Shown: piece by piece, positions 50,257-64,000 of the stretch | Layout of the letters: the number at the start of each line of letters is the position of its first letter | How positions within the stretch are numbered: position 1 is the first letter of the stretch | Assembly: GCF_009834535.1 (NCBI RefSeq) | Contig: NC_045696.1 | Coordinates: forward strand, 10,790,001-10,854,000 | DNA: 64,000 nt | DNA from: Camelus ferus | Lineage: Eukaryota | Direction: 5' to 3' | Program-made: the position numbers and the translations under genes | The notes under the pieces: model-generated | Databases searched by the model: none | Told to the model about the DNA's origin: nothing | The model's input: the letters and a program-made list of their open reading frames with translations, nothing else

Positions 50257-53200
50257 TAGAATGCACTCCTCTCTATGCTCCCAACTTATCCTTTGAGTCT
50301 TCGGTTGAATGGTGTGTAAATGAAGGCTGAAGCTTTCCACTAGGATCCCCCAGACACCAGAACACCACCCAGAAGGAGGGGTTGCCAGGCTGGTTATTTA
50401 CTGAGTTTTATGATACATTAAATCTTCCGGACCTCAAGGCGATTGAATCATTAAAGAAATAACTTTTTTTAAGGTAGCCCAAAACAAGCCAACTCAAGCG
50501 AATAATGGGATTAGCGTGGTGATATTGAAATCAGAGCTGTACCACGTGAGTCCCTCTCCATCAACCACTGCTGCTGTCCTCACGGCTGATTATGGCACAT
50601 TGTTTCATCAAATTAAACACCAAAGAGATGTTGTAAAGGCAACATATGGTCCTCTTTCAAAAGTAGTTAGCCTGGCATTGCACAAGTCGCCCCATCGTGG
50701 CTCCCCTGAAACCTTGTAAATCAACGCATTGAGGGTATTTGCTTTTGCAAAACAATGTCTCATAAAAGTGGTTGCTTCTAATTGCAGGCTTGCTGTTAAC
50801 GGAAGCGCAGCCAGGATGTGAGATATGAAGGCGAGTAGACGGAATCAGGTTAGAAGGGGGAAATCAACTGTCCATCTTTTCCTGTTCTTCCATCACAGTG
50901 GCAGCAATCCTGGAAGGAAAGATGTCTGTTCTCAGCCCTGCCACTTGAATGGATGCTGAGCTCTCAGAAACCTATTTTTTGCCCTCTCTTTTAGGAAAGC
51001 AGACTGGGGGGTAGGTTTTAGAATCAAGATAGGAATAATTACATGCAGTTAAAAGACTTGCTGAAAGGGAGAAGGTTTCTCTAATGATCAAGACAGAGAG
51101 ATGACAGTGTTTTGTGAAGCAGCCAGCCTCAGGGCAGCTCCATCAGCCTCTGGTGGGTCCTGTAGAACCCTTGGAGCTTAGAAGAGATAGTTTATGTGCC
51201 ACTGAAAGGTAAGACTAGGCCAAGACTGAATTTCAAGAGAAAAAGTCATTAGGTAATATTAGAAGCAATGTTTGGTTGTTATTTTGCATTTATGTGGCTG
51301 GTCTTTCCTCCAAGGACCATGAGCACTCACCAAAGTGTAATTAGCAAGCAGCAATCCTCCCAGAGCCCCTGTGAGCTTGGCATAGGATGGTGTCAAAGCC
51401 ATCTTCCTCTTTTCCCATTTGCAACTTTTTTTCCCACCCTAACCTCATAGCACCCCCAGAATAAGAAGGCTTGACCAACCTGGATGCAGGGGTTACATTA
51501 AGATTGCCATAGGGTATGTCAAGTCATTCTGTCGTACGTCTTAAATGTATGCAGAGCTGTATGTCAATTATGTCTCAATAAATAGACAGAGAATGGAGGC
51601 AAACACAATCAAGCAAGTAGGAAGTCTCTGAATCACAGCCTGAAAATAAAAGATCTTTTAAAAAATACATTATTGAAAAAAATAAGACATGTTGTTTTTT
51701 AAAAAAATATACTGTAGAGGATACAAAGTGAAAATCTTATCAACTGACCATCCCCTCTGACCAGCCTTCTCCCTTCTGCCAGCGTGACCACTGTTGCTGG
51801 TATGTTATGTGTTCTCAAAGGGATCTTAGGTGGTGCCTGATCAGTTTCCCAGTGGATATTGAAATCTCCTCTGTGACGCTGAGAATGAGCCAAAATGTCC
51901 CTGTAACTTCGCCCTGGTGTGAATATCTCACAAATACCAGCCTCTTATGCTGGAAGTTGAGAGATACTGGTTTTTATCTTGATTTATTTATTTTTTAAAT
52001 TCTGGTAGGATGATGCAGTACCATAAGGCTGCTACTTTACCCTTCATAAAATGGACATGGTAAAACCCACCACCTTCCCACCAAGGGGGCAAAAAGCAAT
52101 AAATAACTAGGTACTCAGGACAATAAAATCCAGGAGAGTGGCAATGCTAGTGACCTCAAATTTCCAAGTTTTTTCCCTTAATTAAATGAAACTTTCATAA
52201 CTTGAAGCAGAATTTGAATAAACTATTGTTAAGGTCATTGTCTGCCAAAGAAGCTACTAATAAAGTAAAAGGGTGATTTTAATAAGAACTAAAACTCATC
52301 TACTGGCCTGATAAAGAAAATTCAGCATGGAGAGATATCATAGATGTGAGGGAAACTTTGTGTTCCTGCTGGAATAACTGGGGTGTGTGTGTCTTAGATG
52401 GGAGAGTGCCCCCTCCAGTACGAGGCTCAGAACAGCACACAAATCTACGCCCCCAACCACGACAGGGCAGGACTTAATAATCAGGTTGCTCCTGGTGTGG
52501 GATTCATGGGAGTTGGTGCACATGGAGAGTCTTTGTCACGCAGCTGAAATAACAGATAGGCTTAACCACTTTAAATGACCTTAATAGACTCGTAACCCTG
52601 GCGTTTTGGCCACTGTGGGATCTGCTGTAACTGAGGCGTAGCAAACAACCAACCTGCTAGGGGAAGATGCTACTCAAAACACACCTGTGATGAGTTATTT
52701 TTTGGTATTAATTTGAAGCCCAAACACTGATGCAATTTGGCCCTCTTTAGAGCCTGGCTGCCTCAGCCGCTCTCCTCCCCATTAATTAGCGTGAGCTGTA
52801 AGATGTTGCTAATAGCTACACATCTTGTAAACATGTTGAGCAGACCCTGCCCCTGAAGGCTCGCACTGTTAAGTGATATCTCAGCTGGGGCTGGCAGAGC
52901 CAGTGTCCCCACCAGGGAACTGCAGAAAGGTGTGCAGCCTCCGTGCAGAATCAAAACACCGTGTTCTGAGTGCTCCCTTTCTGCTCTGGTTCCCATAGCG
53001 GTGACTATCTTTTGGTAACAATGATAATAAGTGATGAGGAGAATAAAAATAAAGCAGGCGCTGGAGAAGAAACTTGCCTTTACACTCACTAGGGACCATT
53101 CCTGATGAGGCCAGGTGTTGGGATTCTGGAAATACTGATTCCTTGCCACCGAGGTAACTGGAGGCAGGGGCCTCGCTAAGAGAGTCTCTCAGACTGTTCC

Positions 53201-54339
53201 TTAGTCTCCTGAGACTGCTGGTCAGCCGCTTTAGGACGACTAGGTACCAGAACTAAAACCACAGAAGAAGATGATTAACAAGGTTTGCTAACCAGCTTTC
53301 AGATGGGAAAATGCTAAGGGAGAAGAAAGGATGGATGAAGAGGTGGGGGGCCCGCATGGCTGTGGCATGGTTGCTTTGCTTACTTTACGTTTGGATTCTT
53401 TGGTTGGATTATGTTCAATTCTAGGTGTGCAGTGGAATATCAGGAAGGGCGATGGTGGAAACCAAGGAGAGAGAAGCCTGAAGTTAGAGCGAATTCATCC
53501 CTGTGTGCCTGAACTCTGCCGATTTCAGCACTAGAAGACTAATGTCCAGGGAAGCCTCTCAGTTCCAGGCAGACCAGGACGGTTGGTCGCCCTACCTGGA
53601 GTCACAGAAGTGCGTGGTTGAGAAAGACCCTAAAGACCATCTCTTCCAAGTCCATCATCTTACACAAGGAGAAACTGAGGCCCAGTGGGGTCCGCGACAG
53701 CACAGCAGAGGGATCAGGTCTTCTGAATAAATGATACTTGTCACATGGCAACCAGCAGAGGTTATGAAATGCAAACAGGGGACAAGACGAAGGACAGGCC
53801 CAGAGTGAGGTGGGTTCTAATCTGGGTTCTGCCACTAGAAGGAGACCTTGCGTAAGGTAAGTCCCACCTGCCACACTCTCTCCACCCACTGTTTCATTAA
53901 TCGGAATGACAGTCCTTTGAGGAAGGGTTAGTATACCCATTTACCAGGTGAAAAATTGGGTTCAGAGAAATCAAGTAACTGGTCTAATGTCATGGTAGGA
54001 GGTGAGATTTGAAGGTGGGCTTCTCTGACCTCAAAGTAAACCCAGAATTGTGCCTGGTGTGAAACTCTCAGCAAATTCCAACAGCCCATTGCTCCCATCA
54101 AATGACTCATCAAGTGGGAATGACTGTCGGAAAAGGATTTTTTTCTGTTTGTGCACTGCAGTTAGAGTGGTACCACGATCATCACAGGATGCCCAAGCGG
54201 TTGATAATTGAGGGATAAGCACCTTGCCAACTTCCAAGAAGGATTCAGATTAGCAAGATACAAGTATTGACCTGAGCCATCTTTCCTTTTCTTTCCTTTT
54301 CTTTTCTGAGAAACTCAGCATCTGATAGACTTTAACATT

Positions 54340-54480
54340 TTTTAAAGTCATCAGTTTCTTATCTCCACCAGAATCAGAATAAACTCCATGAGGACAGGAA
54401 TTGTGTTCACTGCTATAACCCAGCACACATATACTTGGCACATAGTAGGTTTTCAGGACATATTTGTTAAATGAATGAAA
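54340..54480 (+). mobile_element. L2 3' end
   Basis: AACTCCATGAGGACAGG...TGGCACATAGTAGG...ATTTGTTAAATGAATGAA. Confidence 0.8.
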
Positions 54481-55869
54481 GGAAGAAATTCAAAATTAAA
54501 CATATAGAAATGTTTAATAATTTTGCTATATATTTTTATTTTATAATATATATCAAAGTTGATTACAAATTCAATAGAGGAGGAGGTAGCAATTAGGGAA
54601 GCAAAGATGTATCTGCCAGAAAAATTTTACTCAAAAAAATTATTGGATGGGCTCTGAAACACATGTGTATTTTTAATTTTTGTAAATCAAACACTTCTAG
54701 TTGTACTAAAGGAGACTGCTATTTCAAGGAATCAATTTTGTGTATATATGGATCCTATGATAAAAGAAAGAAATGAAAATTTACAGTAACATCTCACTTC
54801 TCTTTGTTTATGTGGTGACATATATATCAAGTATTTACTGTCAAAATAATAATAAATAATCAGAATTCTGATTCAAGCTGATTTTTAAAATAAATCTTTA
54901 GGTCTTTTTTAAATGATTAGCATTTTTAAGTAAAAAATTTCTGCAAACATACAAGCACATCTGTTTTTTTCAGCATATATGTTATACACAGGAGTGCTCT
55001 GATACTATGGATGAAATGTGTGTGGGATTTATGAATGAAGTTTTATGTCACTTACCAAGTTTTATGTTCCTTAACTAGTTAGCATTTGAAAATGATAACA
55101 CATCTTTGAAATGTATATTTGACAGCATCGAGTAAATAAGAATTAAATCACATAACTTCAAAAATATTGTTAAAATAGCCTCAGCTCTTAAAACCCATTT
55201 TAGAGGAAAAAAAATAAACTCTCATATAGAGTTTATCATAACAAAACAGTAAGTCGTGTTTGATGGCAGGAGATCAGAAAATAAGCTTAAAAGCAATATA
55301 TGATATTTATATATAAATGTAATGGTCTGAGAAATAGCTTTCTGACTGGATTGTACTGCCACTCTGTATTAGTTGTGCTATTAAGGCACTGATGGAACAT
55401 CTTCTTTCTCTGTGGATACAAGAGGTCTAGTACCATAAAGAACTGATTAAATCTGTGGCCATTTTAAGGCAAACAGTGCATAAAATACCCATACTACAAC
55501 AAGGAAATGTGTTGAAGCCAGGTTAACAGATGCATGAAGCCATATGAACTCTGCTTCTTTTGGCTTAGTCTTTATATCTCCCTAGAACTATGACTAATCC
55601 TTTTTATTTGAACAACTTCAAAGACTCTGATTTGACACACATGGTACATATATAACAGACAAACTTAGTTCCTGCCAGCAGGTAATCAGAAGCAACAAAA
55701 AAGTGTCTCTTGATGAAGAATTGCCTTGTTGTCCAAGCCACCACTTTAGTTTATCCAGTAGAAATTCATCCTGTCACAGCCCACTGCTCAGAGGCAGAAT
55801 GAAGCCTAGTTTGCTGAAACAAAAATAATTTAGCCTGTCACACTTGGAAGTGATCAATTTCATCTTGCT

Positions 55870-56450
55870 CATCTTTACTTGTAGAAAACCTATTAATTTT
55901 TATATAACTAATTTTGTAACTTTACTTAGTCATCCTGTTTCTAACAGCTTTTCAATTGATTTTTATGAATTTTAGAAATATATAATCTGCAAATAATTCC
56001 TTCCTCATATTTATAGGTTTTGTTTGTTTGTTTCTCTTGTCTTCTCTTTTCTTATTGCATTGGCTAGTACTTTTAGAATAATATTAAATATTAGTTTCCA
56101 TAAGTGGTCAATATTGTCTTTGATAATGGGAAAATCTTTTAGCATTTTGCCCTTAAGCATCATGATACTTTTAACTAATATGTGTATATGAACTTATTAT
56201 GTCCCTGATCTATTCCTAATAGCCTAATAAAAAATAGCTGTTAAATTTTGATTAAAAACTCTTTTGGCCACCAAAAACAAAATTATGGGGGTTTTGCCCT
56301 ATAACCTATTAATACAGTGAATTTTGATATCAAATTTCATAATGTCAAACTATCCTTGCATTCCTATGATTTTTGCATTTTTACAAACTGCTTAATTCTA
56401 TATGCTAATTTTTTTTTAGAATTGTACTTAAGAATACAATATAAAGAAAT
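55870..56450 (-). mobile_element. Old L1M fragment
   Basis: TCTTATTGCATTGGCTAGTAC...TTAAGCATCATGAT...CCTTGCATTCCT. Confidence 0.6.
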
Positions 56451-56547
56451 AGTATTGTCCCTCTCTGTACTGATGTTTCTATTCTCTTTGGCACTGTAGG
56501 AAGGGGGATGCTGTTACTATACCTCTAGAATGTATTTGCTGGAAGCA

Positions 56548-56658
<111 letters not shown>

Positions 56659-59569
56659 TCACCCTTATATCTCATGTATTCTGTGACAGATGCTAATCTA
56701 ACAGCTTTGCATACATTAATACTTTCAATCTTCAGAGCAGCCCTGTCATGAAAGTACTGTCAACATCATCATCATTATCTTTGTTTTTCAGATGAGGAAA
56801 CTGAGCTTAAGTGACTTGTTTGATGTTGCACAAGTAGTAAGTGACAAAGTCCAGGGAATGTGGCCTCAGAGTTTATGCTTTGATTCCCTAAGTCACTCAT
56901 TGATTCAGCCTATAACATGTGCTTACTGAGTACCTCCTATTTGGAAGGCACTATAGAATACATTTTCCTTTAAAAAAGCAAATGAATATTTAGGCCTAGG
57001 CAATGGAGCTAATGTTTATATCCCTTTAGTCCAGGCAGTACTTCCATAAATCTCCCTGATCTTTCAATATTTCTGTCCCACCTACTGAGACCTGGAACGC
57101 AGACTGAGGGAATATCAAGCTTAGCCCAAGATACTCGCTTGGTCTGATGGCATCCTGGCAGATCCTGTGTGGATGGCCAGGGTAATAAGGGAGAACTGAA
57201 CTAAGTAGCAAACGTCATCAAATGTCAGTTTGATAAGGAGGCAGCAGAGGACGCTGCCGGACGCAACATGCCTTGTCTGGAAAAGGTGGGAAACGTGCTA
57301 GAGTAAGACACAGCGTGCTTGGTCAGGAGAAGGGTGAAAAACGGGGAGAAAGTGGTTCCTCACGTGCATCAGCACGAGAAAATCACCGAGTACCGGCTAC
57401 AGACACCGCGTGAGAGTGGAGCCGTGTCCAGGAGGAGCTTTCACACCATATGTCTTTTCCCCTGTCCCGGAGCCGCTGTGGCATTTTTTGAAGTGTTGGT
57501 CCTCTATTCCTTCTATTACCTGGTTTTAATTAACCTCCTGAAGCCCCTTTGTCTGGGTGGCAGTGTCAGCTGTGAGGGAGATGAATAGAAGGCACCCCTC
57601 GTCAATATTTTTTGGTTGGAGCCTTGTGAATGGGCCCGATGAGCCGAGGTTGGGGGCTGGGGGCCGGGGGAAGGAATGTTTCCTCTTTAATCCGGCATTT
57701 AATCGCTGGAGCTGAGGACAATGGAGGCTCCCCCAGCCTCCCAGAGCCTGATTCCATTTGACGAGACCAGCCCTCTTTTGTCAGCTTTACAACGAGTCCC
57801 CGCCTCCCCTTGTGCCACACAAGATTCCCTTCATAAGTGTCATTGAGATGAAACAGCCAGTCCAGGGGACTCGCGACTGCCCCTGTGACCAGCACTGGCC
57901 CATCCTTCACAGGCCTTTGTTACTCTCGGGATCCATAATTCCATGAAAAGCCTGATTTTGATTTCCAGGCACCTTTATATTCAGAGTTCTCAAAGGCAGT
58001 ACAACCCAGTGGAGTCATTTTCTACATCTATTATTTTTCCTATGAAAATTATGATGCCATGAAAGAGTTAAGGGTGCCAGATGGTTCTGAGCAATATGAA
58101 ACTATGAACACAGTGGCCCTAAAATAAAAGGGAACCTCTCAGTGATTTTCATCTCTTCCTTCCTCTTCTAAGTCCTCACTGGCTGTGGCTGTCTAATTCT
58201 ATGCAATAGTCGTGGCAAAGATGGGATTTTTGTATTTTGGTTATTTTCAGGCCAGTATTGTTTAATACTGCCATGTTGCTTTCATAATGATCATTTTAGT
58301 GCCTAGATAATTATTTCATCAAGTTCATATAGTTAACCTTTACCCTACTGCTGGACATAAAAAGGATGTAATCCTATAGGCGAGAGGACTTCAGCCCCGG
58401 TCTGCCTCTTTCCAGCAGCGTGATCTGTGTACATTAAACACTCTGAAAACGAGTTTCTTCATCTGTGAAGGGAGGGAACAGCATCTACGTCCCAGGGCCA
58501 CTGTAAGATCAAAGGAGACCCTGTGCATGGAGGCTGTTCCTGGGCTGCCAAGCCCACGCAAGTGGTAGTTATTATTAGCTTGTTACCAAATGTTCGGTCC
58601 TAACAATAAAGATGATAGTGAACATATTCAGACACACAGTGTTCAACTTCTGTTGAATTCTTTGCCTCAGAGAGATTCCAGGGAGTCTGATGACTGGATC
58701 AAAAAGAACAGGAACATTTTTACTCATTTTTATTAGATCGTAGATCCAAATTGCCACCTGATTTTCAAATGACCTGAACCAATTTACATTGTAACTGGCT
58801 ATGAGTGGAGATCGCATTTTGCCAAAGCCTCATGGACACAGCAAGCTTTCACATTAGGAACATGTTGGCTGGTTATATAAGTTGCTGCCACTTCCATTGT
58901 TTGAGTGCTGGTGAAGCCTGAACATTTTTCATGTCTTCCCTTATGGAAAATAAGTCCTCTTGTGTGTGACGGCTTCTCCACTTGTCAATAAGTGAGCTTT
59001 TATACAGTATTAAGACCATTTTTATAAGAATGCAAGTTCCCCCAAAGTAGCTAGGCGGGGGGTGACTATAGCATGTAGAGGAACCAACTTAAGCTTAAAC
59101 TACCCTTATGAATAAACGTGTTTATAGGAGTCTATAGTCAATGAGCTCTCAAAAACCAAGAACCCAAGTTTCAGCTGTTTTCTGGAAATGCGTCCCTCCA
59201 CGAGGGTGGATGGTTTATCCACATCTGATGCCTGACCCTGCATCCCTGGTCCTTTTCTGTAGTGTTGTGTAACCTGGTAGTGTTGATTCTATGCATCCCA
59301 GGAGATGAAGAAATGGAGAGACTGTGTAGCCTGGAGTGATGGGGGAGGTCTTGAGAGAGGAGGTAAAAACTGTCCTGCCTTAGATCAATGACAGCAGAAC
59401 ACAGACATGAGCTGGTCCACCTAAAGCATTTAGTGCCCAGTCACTGAGCTCAGCTTTCCCTTACTGTGAGGAACTTCAGTTCCTGAACACCCATTCCTGG
59501 AGACAGAACTTGGAAATAAACGGCAAATCACAAAACAAAAAGATAACTATGAGAAAGCTCAAAAGACAG

Positions 59570-59766
59570 TATCGTAATATGTGAGTATTAGTATTTGAGT
59601 ATAATATTGAGTATGGCATTATAATATGTGACTATTGGTACTGTAGCATATTATTTGAGTATGGTACCAATCGTACAACATTTGAGTATTAGTATTTGAA
59701 TATAATATTAATATTGTAGCATTTGAGTACAACATTTAAGGATAGCATTATAATTATAATATTTGG
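59570..59766. repeat. Degenerate minisatellite built on (T)TTGAGTA / ATAATAT motifs
   Basis: Recurrent TTTGAGTA, TGAGTATTAGTATTTGA (twice) and TATAATAT. Confidence 0.7.
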
Positions 59767-61407
59767 GCTGCATCCTAGCTGTTTGACTTTACCTTAACAT
59801 AGTTGAGCCTCAATTTCCTCGTTTGTGGGAATGTAGTATTTCCTTGCTCACCAAGATAAAGCAAGAAAAATGGGTGTGGAAGGGTACGTTTGTAACATTA
59901 TTTAATGCTTTACCATTTACAAAGCATTTTCAATTCCCTGTCTTGATTGAGCCTTATGGGCTCATTTTACAGATGAAAACACTGAGGTTCAGAGAAGACA
60001 TGCGAATTGTGTAAGATCACAGGAGCCAAGTGAAATCCACTTGAAGCCTAGAAGCCTACATAAAATGGCATTTTGTTTTGTATCCATTAAGCACGTGGCA
60101 AGCTTATGTTTACTTCTGTTATCTCATGCAGTCCTCCAGCCTCTGCAGATGAAAGGTCAGTCCTACTTAAGCCCTGGCTTATAGAATGGCATTGAGGTTC
60201 AGGGAAATATAATCACCCAGGTGGCTGATGGCAGAGCAGGATGAGCTGAAGTCTGACTCCAAAAGCTGTGCACATGCCTGACCCAAGCAGCCTCCCCAGG
60301 AGATGATGGATCTGCATCTTGTTTGGGGGAGAGAGTCAGGAGGCTGCTGGACCCACCGGAGGGAGGGGCTCTGTGACTGCAGAAGAGCTGAGTGGGCTGG
60401 GGACCACTGAGGCCAACAGCATTTAGCTATAGCTCAATCATGCAACAGTTTGGTTCTGAAATGCGTGCTCCCATTTTCATTGCATAGCAATGAAAAATAA
60501 GGGCAAATCCTGCTACTTGTCATTTCACGTGGGCAGGCAATGAAGATGAAACGTGATCTAAAAATTCTCTGCCATTTGAGCTAATCAGTGAAAACAGATT
60601 TTCTGCTTGCTCCAGGTAATGAATCTTTTTCTTTTCTTAAGCCTTAAAACACACAAATAAACAATGCACTATCATTTATTAGCTTGTTGGTAAATAGGTT
60701 TAATGTAATTTTCTGTTTCTTTGATTTTTTGCCTTCTGGTTATAAATTCTAACAATGTAAAGTAACAATTAACCAAGTAAAAAAGTTGTCAAGTAAAAAT
60801 GAAAATGTTCTCATCTTATTTAAATAGAGAAAATTTATTGTTCAGGTTGCAGATTCTGCTTCTTAAAATCTGTGGTTTATTAAGAAGGATTTTTATATTA
60901 TTCTCACACAGTTCCATATTAATTTGCACTCCTTCCTTTTCCAGAAGATGTAACAACATAGTGAATGTATTAATCATCTGAACTTACTATGCTTTGTTAT
61001 TGATTTCCATTTCATTCTTAAGCATCCAGCACAAATATTAGAAAGGCAGTGTTTGAGTTATGATAATTGCAAATGATTCTAGGTAAACATTTAATGTTTT
61101 AAAAACTCAGAATCTTTTCATAAGGTTTCTTTTTAAAAACTTACAATTAAAATACTAGTCCTCCCTTACTGAAATAGATGCTATTAAAATGTAATTTTTA
61201 GTTGCAAAAAGAAACAGAAGTTATATTAAATTAATATCATATTATGGCAAATTAATTTGAAATATATATATATAATTTATATATAATATATGATAATGTA
61301 AGTTTTATTTACAATTTGATGGCTTTAAAAAATTGTCATTTCTTCCTGGTGAGTATTACTTGAGTCTTATGAAAAAAAAAAGTCTGTTAAAACTGGAGAT
61401 GACTTTG

Positions 61408-61946
61408 AAATAAATTGAAACAAAAATCTGTTTCATTAATTGTTTCATAAATAGAGCAAATTACAAAATACAGTTTGATCTTGAACTGTGGATGACTAGC
61501 CTATGTTGAACGCGGTGGTGAATAATTTACAGAATTAAGTTAGCCCTGGGAAAAATAAGTATGGCACAATTTTAAAACAGATTCCTTGCATTTTCACCTG
61601 CAGGCAGGAGAGGATATGTGTGAACAGCAGAGGAGAGGGCTGTGGTCTCTGGAGTTTTGCAAACTGTGGCCCTCTGTCAGTTGTATTTAGCACCTTTGCA
61701 AATCCATTGAACAAGCAGGGAAATATTTAAAAATTTTAAAACAATTGACTTCCCGAGTTTCAGAAAAATTTTTTCCATATTTCAACAAATAAATTGAAAC
61801 AAAAATCTGTTTCATTAATTGTTTCATAAATAGAGCAAATTACAAAATACAGTTTGATCTTGAACTGTGGATGACTAGCCTATGTTGAACGTGGTGGTGA
61901 ATAATTTACAGAATTAAGTTAGCCCTGGGAAAAATAAGTTATGGCA
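61408..61946 (+). repeat. Direct duplication of about 160 bp (61408-61566 and 61787-61946)
   Basis: Copies differ only by one C/T and one T insertion. Confidence 0.95.
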
Positions 61947-63056
61947 TGAAATCACAAAGAAAATAATAGCGATACTCTACAGAGAAGTGTGGTTTTGTAG
62001 GGACAGTTTTATTTTTACCTTTACAGTTGGATTCAATCGGCTGGGCTCAGTATGAGTGTGTGGCTGATACGAAGGTTCTGAAGGAAAAATAGCAGTGAGT
62101 AATTATTTGTGATTGTTTGCTATACCTGCAACCACACGGACACCTTTGGAGCATAATGCTGTTGACAACAATAAAATACGAGAGAGCTGTGCAACCCTCT
62201 GGGGAGAACCCAGAGCCGGAGGAGGGCGCTCCCCTTGCTCCAGGCCCCGGCTCTGCCAGGTTCATTAGGACACCTCGGCCTGGAGCCCTTCACCATCTGC
62301 CAGGCGGTGACTTGGCTTTGCCCGCTTTTCCAGGTTCAGCTTCTGAGCTGGGAACAGAAGGGCTGAAAGGCCACGTGCAGCAGGCAAGCAGGGGTTAGTT
62401 CCCCTGTTATCTCGGATGCCTGTGGCCTCCTCTCTTCTCATCCTTTGTACCCTTCTTAGTCTTAGCTCTGAGTGAAAGATCTGATTCCATGTTTGCGCTC
62501 TCCCGTCATTTTAAGTAGTCGGGTTTCTCCTGTTCAAATCTGAAACCTTATCTCTTAAATAGATGGTAGGATGTTGAAGCTATTGTTCACTCATGAAAGT
62601 ATGAGGACACAGATGGGGTAGTGGAGCCACGGGCACTGGTGACCAGGCCTGCCAGGGCCCCAGGTCTCAAGGCTGCAGGGACCTCCAGGGGCCATCCTGC
62701 TTGGCCTTCAGCTTTCAGCCTCGAGGCAGAAAAGGTGATGGGCCTGGTGACTGCCTAGTTTGTCAGTCCACTGTGGGGGACCACTGGGGGCAGCACCAGG
62801 CCCCAGGCCCCATCTCCTGGTGGAGTGAACTCCTCCCTGTAATGGGCTAAACAGCAATCAGTTTCCGTGGGGTTTGTGATGTTTAGAACTGCGGCATTTA
62901 GAGGGAACGTTAAAATAGGAGTTGACTATATACAAGCTGTCATCAAACAGGCCTGGCCCACATGGACAAAATGAAGAGAGTGGATTAAATGACTTCTGGG
63001 GTCCTTTCTCAGCTCTCCAATTCTGAGAATTCATAACAGTAAGGTTAAAGGCTGCT

Positions 63057-63284
63057 TTGGAGTTTGGGATAAACAGACACACACTACTATATATAAAATA
63101 AACAACAAGGACCAACTGTAATAACAGGCAACTCTATTCAATTTCTTGTAATAACATACAATGAAAAGGAATCTGAAAACATATATAGGTATGTATATGT
63201 ATAACTGAATCGCTTTGCTGTACACCTGAAACTAGCACTGTAAATGAACTACACTTCAATAAAAAAAATAAAATTAAAAAAAAA
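63057..63284 (+). mobile_element. L1 3' end (older of a tandem pair)
   Basis: GGAGTTTGGGATAAACAGA...AACTGAATCGCTTTGCTGTACACCTGAAAC...CTTCAATAAAA. Confidence 0.9.
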
Positions 63285-63295
63285 TACTGCTTTTA

Positions 63296-63585
63296 GTGTA
63301 AATACAGGACAGAAATAGACTCATAGACAGAGAATACAGACTTGTGGTTGCCGGGGGGGTGGAGGGTGGGAAGGGATAGACTGGGATTTCAAAATTGTAG
63401 AATAGATAAACAAGATTACACTGTATAGCACAGGGAAATATACACAAAATGTTATGATAACTCACAGAGAAAAAAATGTGACAATGAGTGTGTATATGTC
63501 CATGAATGACTGAAAAATTGTGCTGAACACTGGAATTTGACACAACATTGTAAAATGATTATAAATCAATAAAAAATGTTAAAAA
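63296..63585 (+). mobile_element. Younger L1 3' end with TSD
   Basis: TSD AAAAAAAATACTGCTTTTA ending at 63295 and 63599. Confidence 0.9.
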
Positions 63586-63639
63586 AAATACTGCTTTTAA
63601 ATGGAGAACGTCATCTAGCTTCCTGCCGCCTGGCACTTC

Positions 63640-64000
63640 CTACATTCCACTTCCTCAACTAGAAAATTTTCTGCTTCCTCCGCACCCCGACTCCAACCCC
63701 ATTCCTTATGCCCTTTGTCTCCAAGTCTTATTATTTCCTCCTTCAAGTTATTTCACAAGTCTTTAGCATCTCCTTTCAGTCATATTCCTCCCACACACCT
63801 CCTGTCTCTTCCTTCACCATCTCAGGTCCCCTCTTACATGCATTAATATAAGACAACCTTGACCTGCCTAAAATGTCACTTCCATCATGTCCTGTTCCAC
63901 TCTACTACCACCACCACCACTGCACCCCCCCCCCACACCATGCTCTGGCCCACTCCCCTGCTCCCTCGCCCTTCTTCCTGACTCCCCAGCTCCAACCAAC
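63640..64000 (+). mobile_element. L2 fragment
   Basis: Pyrimidine-rich L2 ORF2-end pattern (CTAAAATGTCACTTCCATCATGTCC, ATGCTCTGGCCC). Confidence 0.45.

Overview
Non-coding mammalian genomic DNA (intergenic or deep intronic), not prokaryotic. Three copies of a tRNA-derived SINE of the camelid Vic-1 type suggest Camelidae (inference). I find no credible host protein-coding exon, RNA gene or CRISPR array. The ORFs I could assign are L1, hAT, ERV-L or RTE fossils, and the rest look like chance ORFs. Much of the window is interspersed repeat (L1, L2, L3, MIR, MLT1/MLT2, LTR33, MER2, MER5, a hAT-Blackjack transposase fossil, a probable RTE-clade fossil). Family names come from recalled consensus motifs, not a database search, and most repeat boundaries are approximate. 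Several repeat-free blocks rich in homeobox/TALE motifs look like enhancers. The most notable structures are local rearrangement scars. (1) A ~1.1 kb inversion appears to split an L1 and carries a ~300 bp inverted duplication (3403-4788). (2) A second, ungapped 137 bp inverted duplication lies at 32704-34708. (3) A perfect 32 bp fold-back hairpin sits inside an L1 tail (28502-28579). (4) An antisense L1 is nested in another L1. (5) A near-perfect 160 bp direct duplication lies at 61408-61946. The sequence does not support a claim of a new biological system.
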